A stretch of 64,000 bases of DNA from the NCBI GenBank assembly GCA_049969855.1, contig JBMFOB010000005.1:1-64000 (forward strand). The letters are read 5' to 3'. The DNA is from Candidatus Bathyarchaeia archaeon. Its GTDB lineage: Archaea > Thermoproteota > Bathyarchaeia > Bathyarchaeales > Bathycorpusculaceae. Below the pieces are notes generated by a model. It ran no database searches, was not told the origin of the DNA, and saw only the letters and a program-made list of their open reading frames with translations. The position numbers and the translations under genes are program-made. This document shows, piece by piece, positions 10,253-21,200 of this stretch. Numbering within the stretch: the stretch's first letter is position 1; each line of letters opens with the position of its first letter.

Positions 10253-11190
10253 AGCCTAATCAGGTCTTCTGGGTTTTTTATTTTTGAAATTTCTTCTTTG
10301 TGTATGCAGGAGATATCCTTGTTTGTGGGTTTTCTTCCTTCCGTTATTAGGATTGGATGGGCTTTTACAACTTTGCTTACGCTTAGGATTTCGTCAACCC
10401 TCTTGTTTAGTTCTTTTTCGTTGTTGTTTGCAACTCCGCCTATTATTCGCATTTTATCTTCTGGAACATTCACAACAAAGTCGAAAGGCGCCTTTTTCAC
10501 TGCTGTGATGTTGTAGCGGGAGAATTTTCTGAAAATCCTTTGCAAAAGCTTGTTTTTGGCTATGGCTTGTCCAGCCTTTGCTAGGAAGCATTTGCGTTGT
10601 TCTCTTGATTTTTCGAATATGTTTACGGATTTTGCCACGGGGATTCCAAGCGTGTAAATTAGGTTGTAGGCTGCGGTTACTGAGGCTTTAGCCATGCCGC
10701 GCTCGTAACCATAAAGGGTTCTTCTGGATATACCAACCATCTCTGCCATTTCGCCGACAGAAAATCCTAATTCTTGTCTTCTCTGTTTTACAGCTTCCCA
10801 GTTGATTTCAACATAATAGCCTCCTGGACCAGCTTGGATTAGCGGATGAATGTTTCGGAGCACAATGTTTTCGAAGGTTTTGGGCGTTACAGCAAGAACA
10901 TTATAGCGTGAATAGACCGTGTCGTCTTCTAAGGGTTTTTCGCGGGCTTTTTCGCTAACCAAAACTGAGGAGGCTGAAACGCATTTTGATATGACTTTAA
11001 GCTCCTGCGAATCTGTTTGGGAGAAGTTGTCAATGTCGTGTTGAAATTTTATAAATATGACTTTTTCGCCCTTTCTTGCTGCATAATCGAAGCAGCTTGG
11101 TCTACAGCAGCATTTTTCTGAAACCCTAAAGCCTGCTTCTTTCAGCACTTCTTCTGGAGCCTTTAGGTTCTCCTTCTCCCTATAAGTCAT
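10249..11190 (-). CDS. Archaeal HTH (Cro/C1-type) transcriptional regulator
   Basis: GPGGYYVEIN followed by HTH SVGEMAEMVGISRRTLYGYERG. Confidence 0.85.
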   Translation of the reverse strand: MTYREKENLKAPEEVLKEAGFRVSEKCCCRPSCFDYAARKGEKVIFIKFQHDIDNFSQTDSQELKVISKCVSASSVLVSEKAREKPLEDDTVYSRYNVLAVTPKTFENIVLRNIHPLIQAGPGGYYVEINWEAVKQRRQELGFSVGEMAEMVGISRRTLYGYERGMAKASVTAAYNLIYTLGIPVAKSVNIFEKSREQRKCFLAKAGQAIAKNKLLQRIFRKFSRYNITAVKKAPFDFVVNVPEDKMRIIGGVANNNEKELNKRVDEILSVSKVVKAHPILITEGRKPTNKDISCIHKEEISKIKNPEDLIRL

Positions 11191-11278
11191 CGAAACGTCA
11201 CAAAAGAATTCATAGGCATTGTCTGATATAAACTATACTTATCTTCTATAACAATAATACACTAGCGAAGGAAACCAT

Positions 11279-11974
11279 TTATTTCTGAGCCACTATCATG
11301 GCATGCGCCTTATCGTATGGTTCTAAATGCACAACCTCCTCTATACGGAAGCCTCTGTTTTCCAAAACCCTAACTTCACGCTCATAAATTTCTGATGGCT
11401 CCTTTGTTACATCTATGCTTTGGGCTTTAACTGCAAGCATTATCCACCCGCCACTTTTAAGGAATAGGTCGGCATTATCTGCTAAAATTTTTGCTTGCTC
11501 AGGCTGAGCTATGTCACAGTAAACTTCATCAACCTTTCCGCTTATGAAAAAGGCATATTTTTCTGGAAAACGGGCATCCTCCAAAATCGGCACCATATTA
11601 ACCCTATAAGCACAAACATTATTGACAAGCTCCCTTATGGATCTAGCAGCAAACTCTACGCAGTAAACACGCCCATTTTCGCCTACAATGTCTGAAACAT
11701 GGCTTGCTGTCGTGCCAGAGGCAGCGCCAAGATAAAGAACTTTATGCTCTGGCTTTATGGGAACAATTTTCAAATCTTTCAGTATGGCTGCTGCCAACTT
11801 ACTCCTAAAAGCATCCCAAACGCGATATTCAAAACCTTCAAAACGTATGAGCCTCTCGCCATAAACATTCCTTCCAAGCGCAAGATTCCTAGTTGCAAGC
11901 CTTCTGGCTCCATCCTCAAGGGTAACCTCAAAAATTGCTGGAAAACGCGGATGCGGTTTAACGTTTACCTGCAC
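11279..11974 (-). CDS. flpA: Fibrillarin-like rRNA/tRNA 2'-O-methyltransferase
   Basis: VYGE, RSKLAAAI, LYLGAASGTT and DIAQPEQ; probable GTG start at 11974. Confidence 0.96.
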   Translation of the reverse strand: MQVNVKPHPRFPAIFEVTLEDGARRLATRNLALGRNVYGERLIRFEGFEYRVWDAFRSKLAAAILKDLKIVPIKPEHKVLYLGAASGTTASHVSDIVGENGRVYCVEFAARSIRELVNNVCAYRVNMVPILEDARFPEKYAFFISGKVDEVYCDIAQPEQAKILADNADLFLKSGGWIMLAVKAQSIDVTKEPSEIYEREVRVLENRGFRIEEVVHLEPYDKAHAMIVAQK

Positions 11975-13178
11975 GTTTCCATTTTCTCCTCTTTTCACGC
12001 TTAGGCTTCCTTTCTGGAACAGGCGGCGGCTCAGCATACTTCTCATGAATTTCGCCTATTCGCCTTTCCAAGTTAGCCTTCAACTCTTCACCCAAATGGC
12101 GCCCGCCAAAAGCGTCAGCCCTAACAGCAATAGCCAATTTTCCAGCCAAAGCCCTAGCAATTTTACCCCTATGCCATTTTTTAGCCTCATGCAAAAACGT
12201 ATGCTGAAAAATTATTCCATGCTTCGGCGGCTTCGTCCCAGTCTTCAAAGAACGAAATAGGGCTTTCTCAGCGCCCAAAACCTGAATTGTGCTTGCTGGC
12301 ATTTTAGCCAAATTCTCCAAACCACCAGAAAGCGCAATTAAACGGGCTCCCAAAAGAGGACCAACCAAGGCTTTCGTGTTTGGCGCAACCTCCTCCATGG
12401 CAGTGTCCAAATAATTTTCCAAATTCTGCCTCAGCTGGTATAAGCCAAGCACGTTCTTGCATAACGCTTGAATCTGCGCCAAATCTGTTTCGGCAATGTC
12501 TGCACCCATGGAAGATTCAGCCATTTTGGCTATTTGCTCCGCCTTAGCCTTCGGCACATCTTCCTTCTCAAGCTTTTCAACAGTGAAATTTTCTTTGCTT
12601 CCAAGCTCCAAGACCAAGCGGGCGTAGGTTTCATGCTTATCCACTAAGCGGTCAAGCTCTGGAAAGTGAATGCCATACCATTCTCGAATGCGTCCCATAA
12701 ACAAATTTATGGTTCTATCCAAATCATCCAAAGTTTGAATAGCCTGAGCAATAATCAAATCTCTTTTCTCAACAGCCCCCTTAACCCTTAGCTTAGCCAT
12801 TTCCATACCTACATTATGCATCCAAAGATTAAACTCCCCAGAATCCTTAGCAAAGCCAGTTTTTACTGCGAAACTTTCCATATTAGACCTAAGAGCATCA
12901 CCAGCAGGCGAGGGCTTAGAAACTTCCACCCTAACGCCTAGTGCCTCTTGAATTTCTTTGGCTATGTTTGCATTTTCAAAAACGAAGGTTTCATAACCAT
13001 CCTTCTTAAGCCTCTCAATTAACTCTTTAACTTCATCAACCAGTTTTCCAGCCTCAAGCCTCATCAAAGCTTTAGCGGCACTTTGCGGATTTTTGGAAAA
13101 CAAAACATTACCTATCAGCTCGTTTTTCTCGTTGAAAGCCAAAACCCCAAAGGAACACCCAACTATTGCTGCCTTCAC
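11958..13178 (-). CDS. nop5: C/D box RNP protein Nop5 (Nop56/58)
   Basis: REWYGIHFPEL, PASTIQVLGAEKALF and PKHGIIF. Confidence 0.96.
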   Translation of the reverse strand: MKAAIVGCSFGVLAFNEKNELIGNVLFSKNPQSAAKALMRLEAGKLVDEVKELIERLKKDGYETFVFENANIAKEIQEALGVRVEVSKPSPAGDALRSNMESFAVKTGFAKDSGEFNLWMHNVGMEMAKLRVKGAVEKRDLIIAQAIQTLDDLDRTINLFMGRIREWYGIHFPELDRLVDKHETYARLVLELGSKENFTVEKLEKEDVPKAKAEQIAKMAESSMGADIAETDLAQIQALCKNVLGLYQLRQNLENYLDTAMEEVAPNTKALVGPLLGARLIALSGGLENLAKMPASTIQVLGAEKALFRSLKTGTKPPKHGIIFQHTFLHEAKKWHRGKIARALAGKLAIAVRADAFGGRHLGEELKANLERRIGEIHEKYAEPPPVPERKPKREKRRKWKRAGKR

Positions 13179-13302
13179 GCTTTTGTGCCTCCTCCACCGC
13201 TAATCAACTATTCCATAGCTTTATCCCATAAATAGTTGTTGCAAAAATCTTAAGAACCAAAAGGAAAGATACTATGAAAACAATGGGGAGAAGGCCAAAT
13301 TT

Positions 13303-13521
13303 ATGAATAACCTCAAAAGTTTAGTGGAGAAAATTAAAAATTTAGAAACTGAAAGAAAAAACCTAATGCTGGAAATTGAAGAACTTAGGAAAATGGCTGA
13401 CGCCAAAGCCAAGGCTTTAGAAGGCGAAATAAGCATGCTAAGAGAAGAAGTGAAATCCTTAAGGGTTCTGCTTGGAGCAGAAGAAACAGAAACAGAAGTT
13501 GAAAAGAAAAAGAAGAAATAA
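13303..13521 (+). CDS. Small coiled-coil hypothetical protein
   Basis: 72-aa heptad-rich ORF with a Lys tail in its own intergenic slot. Confidence 0.7.
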   Translation: MNNLKSLVEKIKNLETERKNLMLEIEELRKMADAKAKALEGEISMLREEVKSLRVLLGAEETETEVEKKKKK

Positions 13522-13597
13522 AATAAGCCATAATACGCCTATAAAACTAAGCTTTATCTTACAAAACAACAATTCTAAAACACCAGCGGTGAAAATC

Positions 13598-14518
13598 TTG
13601 AAAGAAAACAGCTTAGGCATCAATCTAGCTGGCTTAAAGCTTCCTAATCCAACAATGCTGGCTTCTGGAATTTTAGGCTACACAAAAGAAACATTCAAAA
13701 ACATCGCCGACGGCGGAGCAGGCGCCATAATAACAAAATCTGTAGGACTAAAGCCGCGAAGCGGTTACGCAAACCCAACAGTAACGCAAACAAGTTGTGG
13801 CTTAATAAACGCCATGGGACTTCCAAACCCTGGAATAGAAGAGTTTGCCAAGGAAATAAGCGAAGCAAAAAAAGTTTTGAATGTGCCCTTAATTGTTAGC
13901 GTTTACGGTTTCACAGCAGAAGAATACGCCACAGTAGCAAAAAAGGCTATTAAAGCGGGCGCTGATGCCGTTGAGCTTAATGTTTCATGCCCCCACGTTA
14001 AGGAAACTGGCTCAGAAATTGGACAGAACCCTGAAATTCTAAGAGAAGTTGTTAAAAAAGTTAAATCCGCAATGCCCAAGCCTGTTTTTGTTAAGCTTTC
14101 TCCAAACGTCACAAGCATAGCAGAAATTGCAGAAGCTGCCGTGAATGCTGGGGCTGACGCTATAACAGCAATAAACACGGTTAAAGCCATGGCAATCGAT
14201 GTGGAAACAGCCAAGCCGATTCTAAGCAATAAGGTGGGTGGACTTTCAGGACCAGCAATAAAACCCATAGCCTTAAGATGCATCTACGAAATTTATGAAC
14301 GGGTTAAAGTTCCAATAATAGGTTGCGGCGGAATAACAAGCTGGCGGGATGCCGTAGAATTCCTTTTAGCTGGAGCCTCAGCAATTCAAATCGGAACAGC
14401 CATAGCCACAAAAGGTCCAAATGCCTTTAGGACAATTACCAAAGGGATAGATGCATATTTGAAAAGGAAAGGTTTTAGGAGTGTAAATGAAATTGTCGGC
14501 TTATCGCATAAAAGCTAA
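13598..14518 (+). CDS. pyrD: Dihydroorotate dehydrogenase catalytic subunit (family 1B)
   Basis: LASG, NAMGLPNPG, ELNVSCPH and GGLSGPAIKP; start adjusted to TTG 13598. Confidence 0.95.
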   Translation: MKENSLGINLAGLKLPNPTMLASGILGYTKETFKNIADGGAGAIITKSVGLKPRSGYANPTVTQTSCGLINAMGLPNPGIEEFAKEISEAKKVLNVPLIVSVYGFTAEEYATVAKKAIKAGADAVELNVSCPHVKETGSEIGQNPEILREVVKKVKSAMPKPVFVKLSPNVTSIAEIAEAAVNAGADAITAINTVKAMAIDVETAKPILSNKVGGLSGPAIKPIALRCIYEIYERVKVPIIGCGGITSWRDAVEFLLAGASAIQIGTAIATKGPNAFRTITKGIDAYLKRKGFRSVNEIVGLSHKS

Positions 14519-15314
14519 CAAACATAGAATAACGAAGATTTTAGAAATTAAAACAGAAAGCCCAACAGTTAAAACCTTCACTTTTAAGGATAAAATATGC
14601 GCAAAGGCTAAGCCGGGACAATTTTTGATGCTTTGGATTCCAGGCGTGGATGAAATCCCCTTAAGCGTACTGGATGCAGATGAGGAAGGAAATGTTTCTG
14701 TGGCTGTTAAAAAGGTTGGCGAGGCAACCAAAGCACTACACAACAAAAAAGTTGGAGACTTCATAGGCTTAAGAGGACCTTTTGGAAACAGTTTCACTTT
14801 GAAAGAAGGAAAAATTTTGTTGGTTGGAGGCGGAACAGGCATAGCTCCACTATCCTTTTTGGCGAAGAAGTTAGCGCCTAAAGCTTCAAAATTAACCCTA
14901 ATAATTGGCGCAAAGACGAGGGAAGAACTGCTTTTCATGGAGAAACTGAAAAAGTTTTGCAAGGAAGAAAGTTTTTTGGCAACAACGGATAATGGAAGCT
15001 ACGGCGTTAAAGGTTTAGCCTCAGAACTTTCAGAAACAATCTTAACAAAAGAAAAGTATGATGCAATATACGCTTGCGGACCAGAACAGATGATACGCAA
15101 AGTCTTTGAAACCGCTGAAAAGGCTGGAATAGGCATGGAAGCAAGCTTAGAACGCCTAATGCGCTGCGCCATAGGCTTGTGCGGAAGCTGTGTCATAGGA
15201 AAATACCGCGTCTGCAAAGACGGCCCAGTTTTCAATGGTGACCAGCTTAGAGAAGTTAAGGAAGAGTTGGGAGTTTCTAAAAGAGATTTTGACGGAAGAA
15301 GGATACTGCTTTAA
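14487..15314 (+). CDS. pyrK: Dihydroorotate dehydrogenase electron transfer subunit
   Basis: GPFGN, GGGTGIAP and CAIGLCGSC...VCKDGPVF [2Fe-2S] motif. Confidence 0.95.
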   Translation: MKLSAYRIKANKHRITKILEIKTESPTVKTFTFKDKICAKAKPGQFLMLWIPGVDEIPLSVLDADEEGNVSVAVKKVGEATKALHNKKVGDFIGLRGPFGNSFTLKEGKILLVGGGTGIAPLSFLAKKLAPKASKLTLIIGAKTREELLFMEKLKKFCKEESFLATTDNGSYGVKGLASELSETILTKEKYDAIYACGPEQMIRKVFETAEKAGIGMEASLERLMRCAIGLCGSCVIGKYRVCKDGPVFNGDQLREVKEELGVSKRDFDGRRILL

Positions 15315-15326
15315 GCTGTGTTTTAA

Positions 15327-15827
15327 ATGCCCATAACTCCGCTTCATGCGCTTTCGCTCATGTTTCTTTATTTTAAGGATAAGAAGCGCATTGACCCTTT
15401 GGCTTTGACGGTTTCAGCCACATTCATTGATTTGGAGCCCCTCTATTATTTGTTGGTTGGAGAACCATTAGACCATAGGATTTGGCATGGCTTCGCCTTA
15501 GCAATAACAGTCTATCCCATCCTTGTTGCAATTGGCATTTACATTGCAGAGCATTTATTTGAGAAAAAATTGTGGACTACCTATAATGTCTTGAGACTTA
15601 AACCGAAACAAGTGCAATATCCACTTTTAACAGTATACCTCTGCAGTTTGCTCGGAGGCTTCACCCACGTCTTTTTTGACATGTTCACTCATAAGGACAT
15701 GCCTTATGTGATTTACCCATTAGCCTATGGAAACCCTTTCTACTTGGGAAACGCCTCAATAATAATTGAAATAATAGTGATTTTGTTGTCGGCTTACTCT
15801 CTTTTTGAATGGATAAAAGCAAAATAA
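15327..15827 (+). CDS. Membrane-bound metal-dependent hydrolase-like protein (DUF4184/YdjM-like)
   Basis: MPITPLH, DLEP, HRIWH and THVFFDMFTH. Confidence 0.7.
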   Translation: MPITPLHALSLMFLYFKDKKRIDPLALTVSATFIDLEPLYYLLVGEPLDHRIWHGFALAITVYPILVAIGIYIAEHLFEKKLWTTYNVLRLKPKQVQYPLLTVYLCSLLGGFTHVFFDMFTHKDMPYVIYPLAYGNPFYLGNASIIIEIIVILLSAYSLFEWIKAK

Positions 15828-15897
15828 ACTAAAAAGCAATAGAAAACGTGCACTTAGAAAAATTTAAAATAGTTATTGCGTCGATGTCAAAATTAAA

Positions 15898-17250
15898 GTG
15901 GGTGAAAATGTTATGGAAAATTTTAAGAAAATAGTCATCGCTGAACTTGTAATAATTGGTTTGCTGTTGGCACTCTTAGTTTATGCACTTTCAAAACCAG
16001 CAGTTTGTCCAGTTGCTGCAAGTTATACTGTTTGGCGGGAAGGAGACGAGTATTATGCTGCTGACACTTCTGGAATACGATTTAGTGGGAAAAATGCAAG
16101 CCAAGTAATCCAGTCAGCCATAGACGCCTTAACCCCTGGAAGAACATGGAAGGAAAAAATCCTGTTAAAAGGCGACTTCACAATTTCCACTCCAATCATT
16201 GTAAGGTCATACACGGCGTTAGAGTTTCAGGGAAAAATAACAGTTGCAGACAACGCCAACATAGACGCAGCAATAAAATCCGAAGGCTTTGACGATTTGG
16301 CTGGCACAGACTCCACAGGCGGAGTTGTTGAGGTGGAAATTGTTGGTTTGAAACTTGACGGAAATAAGGCAAAACAAACAAAAGGTTTTGGTTTGAAACT
16401 TTATGGAAGAAAACTAACAATGAAGGATGTAAACATTTACTATTGCAAGGAAGACGGCATATGGACAGAATGGAGCACCAACCCAAACGTCACCAGTCCA
16501 GAAGATGCAATGGAAGGAATCTTCTCAAACATACGCTCAAGTTTTAATGACGGAAGAGGATGGCGAATGCTAGGACCCCACGACAGTTACCTAACAGACA
16601 TCCTCCTATACTGCAATCGCCTCGTTGGTTTTGCATGCTGGGGAGAAGGTGGATGCCAAGGCATAAATTTGCACGCCTACGGAAATGGAGAAGTTGGCTT
16701 CTACATTGATGCCCCCGTAATATTCACCAACATTGTGTCGGAAAGTAACAATCAAAGCGGCGTCATAGTTTTACACAATGACGTGTATTTGGACGGCAAC
16801 TTCTATAATAACCATGAATATGGAATCGTAATGGGCGATGAATCACATGCTCCCGCGGGATGCTATATTCGAGGAAAAACTTTGGGTCATCCAATTGATA
16901 AAGCGGGATTACTATTAGTGAATGGAAGCACAAATCGTTACGAGCTTCACATGTGGGAGAATAACACAAGCATTAAAGGAACACCAAGTGTGAATGACAA
17001 ATACATTATTGTTAACACCAACAATAGCAAAAGAAGCCAAAACAGTGGAACCGCAACCATACCAAGCAGAAACACAAGCGTAACCATACCGCATTCGCTT
17101 ATATGGGTTCCAAAAATTGTTGTAGTCACGGGCAGAGATAACGAAACCGCTTGTGCTTACGTAAGCTATAGAAACGAAACCCACATAACCATAACAGTGC
17201 CCAATCCAGTTACAGCAGACAGAGAAGTCGACTGGTACGCAGAAATTTAA
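15898..17250 (+). CDS. Membrane-anchored right-handed beta-helix (pectin-lyase-like) protein
   Basis: N-terminal TM helix, VIQSAIDAL, LDGNK and repeating N/G beta-helix rungs. Confidence 0.8.
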   Translation: MGENVMENFKKIVIAELVIIGLLLALLVYALSKPAVCPVAASYTVWREGDEYYAADTSGIRFSGKNASQVIQSAIDALTPGRTWKEKILLKGDFTISTPIIVRSYTALEFQGKITVADNANIDAAIKSEGFDDLAGTDSTGGVVEVEIVGLKLDGNKAKQTKGFGLKLYGRKLTMKDVNIYYCKEDGIWTEWSTNPNVTSPEDAMEGIFSNIRSSFNDGRGWRMLGPHDSYLTDILLYCNRLVGFACWGEGGCQGINLHAYGNGEVGFYIDAPVIFTNIVSESNNQSGVIVLHNDVYLDGNFYNNHEYGIVMGDESHAPAGCYIRGKTLGHPIDKAGLLLVNGSTNRYELHMWENNTSIKGTPSVNDKYIIVNTNNSKRSQNSGTATIPSRNTSVTIPHSLIWVPKIVVVTGRDNETACAYVSYRNETHITITVPNPVTADREVDWYAEI

Positions 17251-17286
17251 AGCTAAAATGCCATTTTTAGACAAGAAAAAGGGGTT

Positions 17287-18135
17287 TTAGAGGATAAAGT
17301 CGCCTGGATAATTATCGTATAATTGTGGTTGCGAATCTGGTTGCTCTGCTGTCACGCGTGGATAGGCATACGCATGCGCTGCTTCAACAGAATTCGCCCG
17401 ATTATCCAACAATGCTTCATCCACGAAGTAGTAGCCCCATAAAGTGTTGCCCAACTGAAGATAGTCCCAGCCATACTGGTCGGCTTTACAAGCTGAAGCT
17501 ATAACTCTGCCATTTCCCTGCAAATCATCATCGTCGTCAAACATTCCCCCAGAAAAGCACGAGCCAAACATTAGAGCAAATTTTGTGCTTTCTATGGCTG
17601 CAAATTTTTCTTTAAACCAACCGTCTGGCAAGCCGTAAAAATCATAGGTTACAATCATCTCATCGTAACCATCAGATTCCACATCACTGTCCCAGCCTTC
17701 CGAGTCTGGTGCTCTGTAGCCGTGACCACTGTAGAAGAATACTACTTCGTCTCCTGCTTTTTCATTGGCAATTAGCCAATTTATTGCACTTATAATGGCT
17801 GAAGCTGTTGCCGCCTTATTAGTTAGCAGTTTAACATTGGCTTTCGGATAACCTTGCTGCCTTGTTAACTCAGTATACATTTCCTTAGCGTCTTCATCAG
17901 GATGCCACAAGTCCGAATCAGTTCCCCGATAATCTGCAATACCAATTATAACAGCCCATTTAGAACCTCCAGAAGGGTTAGGTGCGGCTACAAGAGGCTC
18001 AATGGATGACGAAAATGGTTCATTAAACTTCATTGGACGCACATAACGAAGCGGCACACGAGGAGCAGACACTGAAGGCGCAAAGATGGCGACAAAAAAT
18101 GCCGTCAACAGTAAGATAGCCAATATCTTCTTCAT
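17287..18135 (-). CDS. Secreted caspase-family (C14) peptidase
   Basis: Signal peptide; WAVIIGIADY, FYSGHG (His) and GSCFSG (Cys). Confidence 0.88.
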   Translation of the reverse strand: MKKILAILLLTAFFVAIFAPSVSAPRVPLRYVRPMKFNEPFSSSIEPLVAAPNPSGGSKWAVIIGIADYRGTDSDLWHPDEDAKEMYTELTRQQGYPKANVKLLTNKAATASAIISAINWLIANEKAGDEVVFFYSGHGYRAPDSEGWDSDVESDGYDEMIVTYDFYGLPDGWFKEKFAAIESTKFALMFGSCFSGGMFDDDDDLQGNGRVIASACKADQYGWDYLQLGNTLWGYYFVDEALLDNRANSVEAAHAYAYPRVTAEQPDSQPQLYDNYPGDFIL

Positions 18136-18269
18136 ACTTTTCCCTTTAGTAAAAATAGCAAGAAAGACTATTAAGAGTTATGGAAAAAGTTTCCACTTAA
18201 CGAAAATTCAAAAAGGTTATATGTTGCCAGTGCTATTTTGGAGTATTTGCGGGTGCAATGTGATGCAAG

Positions 18270-21200
18270 GTGACCGCCAAATTCCAAGCTAATTCTGAAA
18301 AATGGCTTACAACAGATTATCGCCCGCTCGAAATTGAAAAAGAAATCCGAGAATTCTGGAAAAGGAACCAAACTCAAAAGAAACTGATGGCGTTTAGAGA
18401 AAAAAACAACATTGGCTTTTCAGGCTGGGTTGAAGGACCGCCAACATTGAATGGCATACCCCATGTTGGACATGTCAGAGGCAGAGTAATGAAAGATTTA
18501 CGCTATAGATGGAAGACTATGCAGGGCTATTTCATGCCATTCTGGGCTGGATGGGACTGTCAAGGCTTGCCAGTGGAGCTTGAAGTTGAAAAACTTTTAG
18601 GCGTAAAAAACAAGCGCGAATTATTGGAAAGAGTGGGCGAAGAACTTTTCATAGAAGAATGTAAGAAGGCTATTATGAAGTATCATCGTGAATGGGTTGA
18701 GGCGGATGAAAAGCTTGGCATATTCATAGACCAGGAAAGGGCTTACTGGACGTATAAGGATGATTATATAGAGCGTGAGTGGCAATACCTAAAACGTGCC
18801 TGGGAACAAGGCCTATTGGAAGAGGGTTATTATGTTGTTGCTTATTGTCCAGGATGCCAAACAAGCTTGAGCAGTGCAGAAGTTGGCTACGAAGACTCGT
18901 ATAGGGAAGTTGAGGACCCATCGCTTTACTTCAAATTTAAAGTTGCCGACAGCGAAAAAGAGTATTTTCTTGTTTGGACAACTATGCCATTCACAATAGT
19001 AACTGACACGCTTTTGGCTGTGCATCCAGAAGCTGAATACGCAAGGGTTAGGGTCGGCGAAGAAGTTTGGATAATGGTTAGCCAACGTGTTGAAGCTGTT
19101 ATGCAAGAATTGGGCATAGAAAAATATGAAGTAATCGGAACAGTTACGGGCAAAAGTCTTGAAGGAACAAGATATGAATATCCGCTTAAAGATTTGGTTC
19201 CAAAACTGGCAGAGTTAGAAAAAGTGCATGAGCTAGTGCATAGGGTTATATGCGAAGACTTTGTCGACGTGAACACCGCCACAGGCGTAGTGCATCAGTC
19301 CCCAGGAAACGGTGAAGAAGACTTTTTCGCTGCACAAAAGCGGGGCGTTCCAATATTTGCCCCCTTCGACGACGAAGTCAGATTCACAGCTGAAGCTGGA
19401 GCTTTTCATGGCGTATTTGCACGAGATGCTGACAAAATGGTTATCGAAGAGCTTCGAAAGAGAGGATTGCTTGTTAAAGTTGAAACTATAAAGCATGAAT
19501 ATCCAACGTGTTGGCGTTCTCATCACAAGCTTGTTTGGCTTGCCAGAAGGGAATACTTCCTAAGAACAGACAAAATAAATAGTAAGGTTGTGGAAGCGGC
19601 GGAAAAGGTGGAGTATTTCTTTGAAGGTCCAAAGAACCGTTTCCTCTCCTTTCTTAAAGAGGGCAAACCGTGGTGCATATCACGAGAGCGTGTTTGGGGT
19701 ACGCCATTGCCCATATGGAGATGCGAAAAATGCGGAGCAAAAACCATTGTTGGAAGCAAAAAAGAACTATTGGAAAGAGCCATAGAAAAGCCTCAAGGCT
19801 ATTTTGAACTTCACAAGCCATGGGTTGACCGCATAACAATGAAATGCGAAAAATGCGGAGGCACAATGCACAGAGAACCCTTCGTTTTGGATACGTGGCA
19901 TAACAGTGGAGCTTCACCATACGCCAGATTTACAGATGAAGAATTTGCGAAATATGTGCCAACAGACTTCTTAACAGAAGGAATAGACCAAACAAGAGGA
20001 TGGGCAAACTCGCTTCTTCTGGAACATGTCATATTAACTGGCAAAGCAGAAGCCCCATACAAGGCATTTCTATTTCAGGGTTTAGCTCAAGATGCAAAGG
20101 GCAGAAAAATGAGTAAAAGCCTTGGAAACGTAATCGAAGCAAACAAGCTTTTAGAGAAGCATTCAGCAGACATTTGCAGATTCTACACGCTTAGGAAATG
20201 CTCCCCAGTGGACTTCATAAACTTTGACATGCAAGAGTTAAACCGCCGCCCATACCAAGTGCTGTCTACGCTTTATCACCTAAACAGATTCTTTGTTCAA
20301 AATGCTGAATATGACGGATTTAACCCGCAAAAGCATACGTTAAAATGGGCTTTGGAAGAGAAACAACTCAAAAATCCAGAACTTTGGCTTTTATCAAAAC
20401 TTCAAAATGCCATAAAAGAGTACACTTCAAAATTGGAAACATGCGAGTTCAACTTTGCCCTTGCCACATTGGAAGATTATGTTATAGAAACATTAAGCAG
20501 ACTTTACGTGCCAATGGTTCGGAAAGAACTGTGGACAGACGACCCTGAAACTCTAAACAGAAGACTCGCCATATACGCAACCCTATGGCATGTCCTAAAA
20601 ACTCTAACGCTACTCTTTAACCCTGTAACGCCATACTTAAGCGAAGCCTTATACCAAAAAATCTACAGAAAACTTGACCCAACACTGCCCGAATCAGTAA
20701 ACTTTGAAGGTTGGCCAAAACCAGAAGAGAAACTGCTAAACGAGGCTTTGGAAGAGGATTTCCAGACATTGTTCAAATGCGTTTCAATGGTTTATTCTGC
20801 TAGACAATCAGCCAAACTAAAGAGAAGGTGGCCCCTTCGCAGAGCGGTTGTTGTGGCTCCAGAAAAAGTTTGCAAAGCCCTCAAAAACTTTGATGAATTA
20901 TTCCTTGAACTTTCAAACGTGAAAGCCGCAGAATATATGCAAGAAACTCCAGAATACACTTCTTTTGACGGTTGGACTTCCACATCAGAAGACAACATAA
21001 AAGTCTTTTTGGACATTCACCGCGACGAAAGTTTAATGGGCGAAGGCTTAATGCGAGACATAGCCCGAAGAGTCCAATCCTTAAGGAAAGAGTTGGGTTA
21101 CGTGCCAACAGACGTTTTAGAAGCCGTCCACATAGCTGAACTTGATAAGGAGAGCGTTAAACTGTTAAGACCATACTTGAAGGAAATGGAGGAGCTTGTC

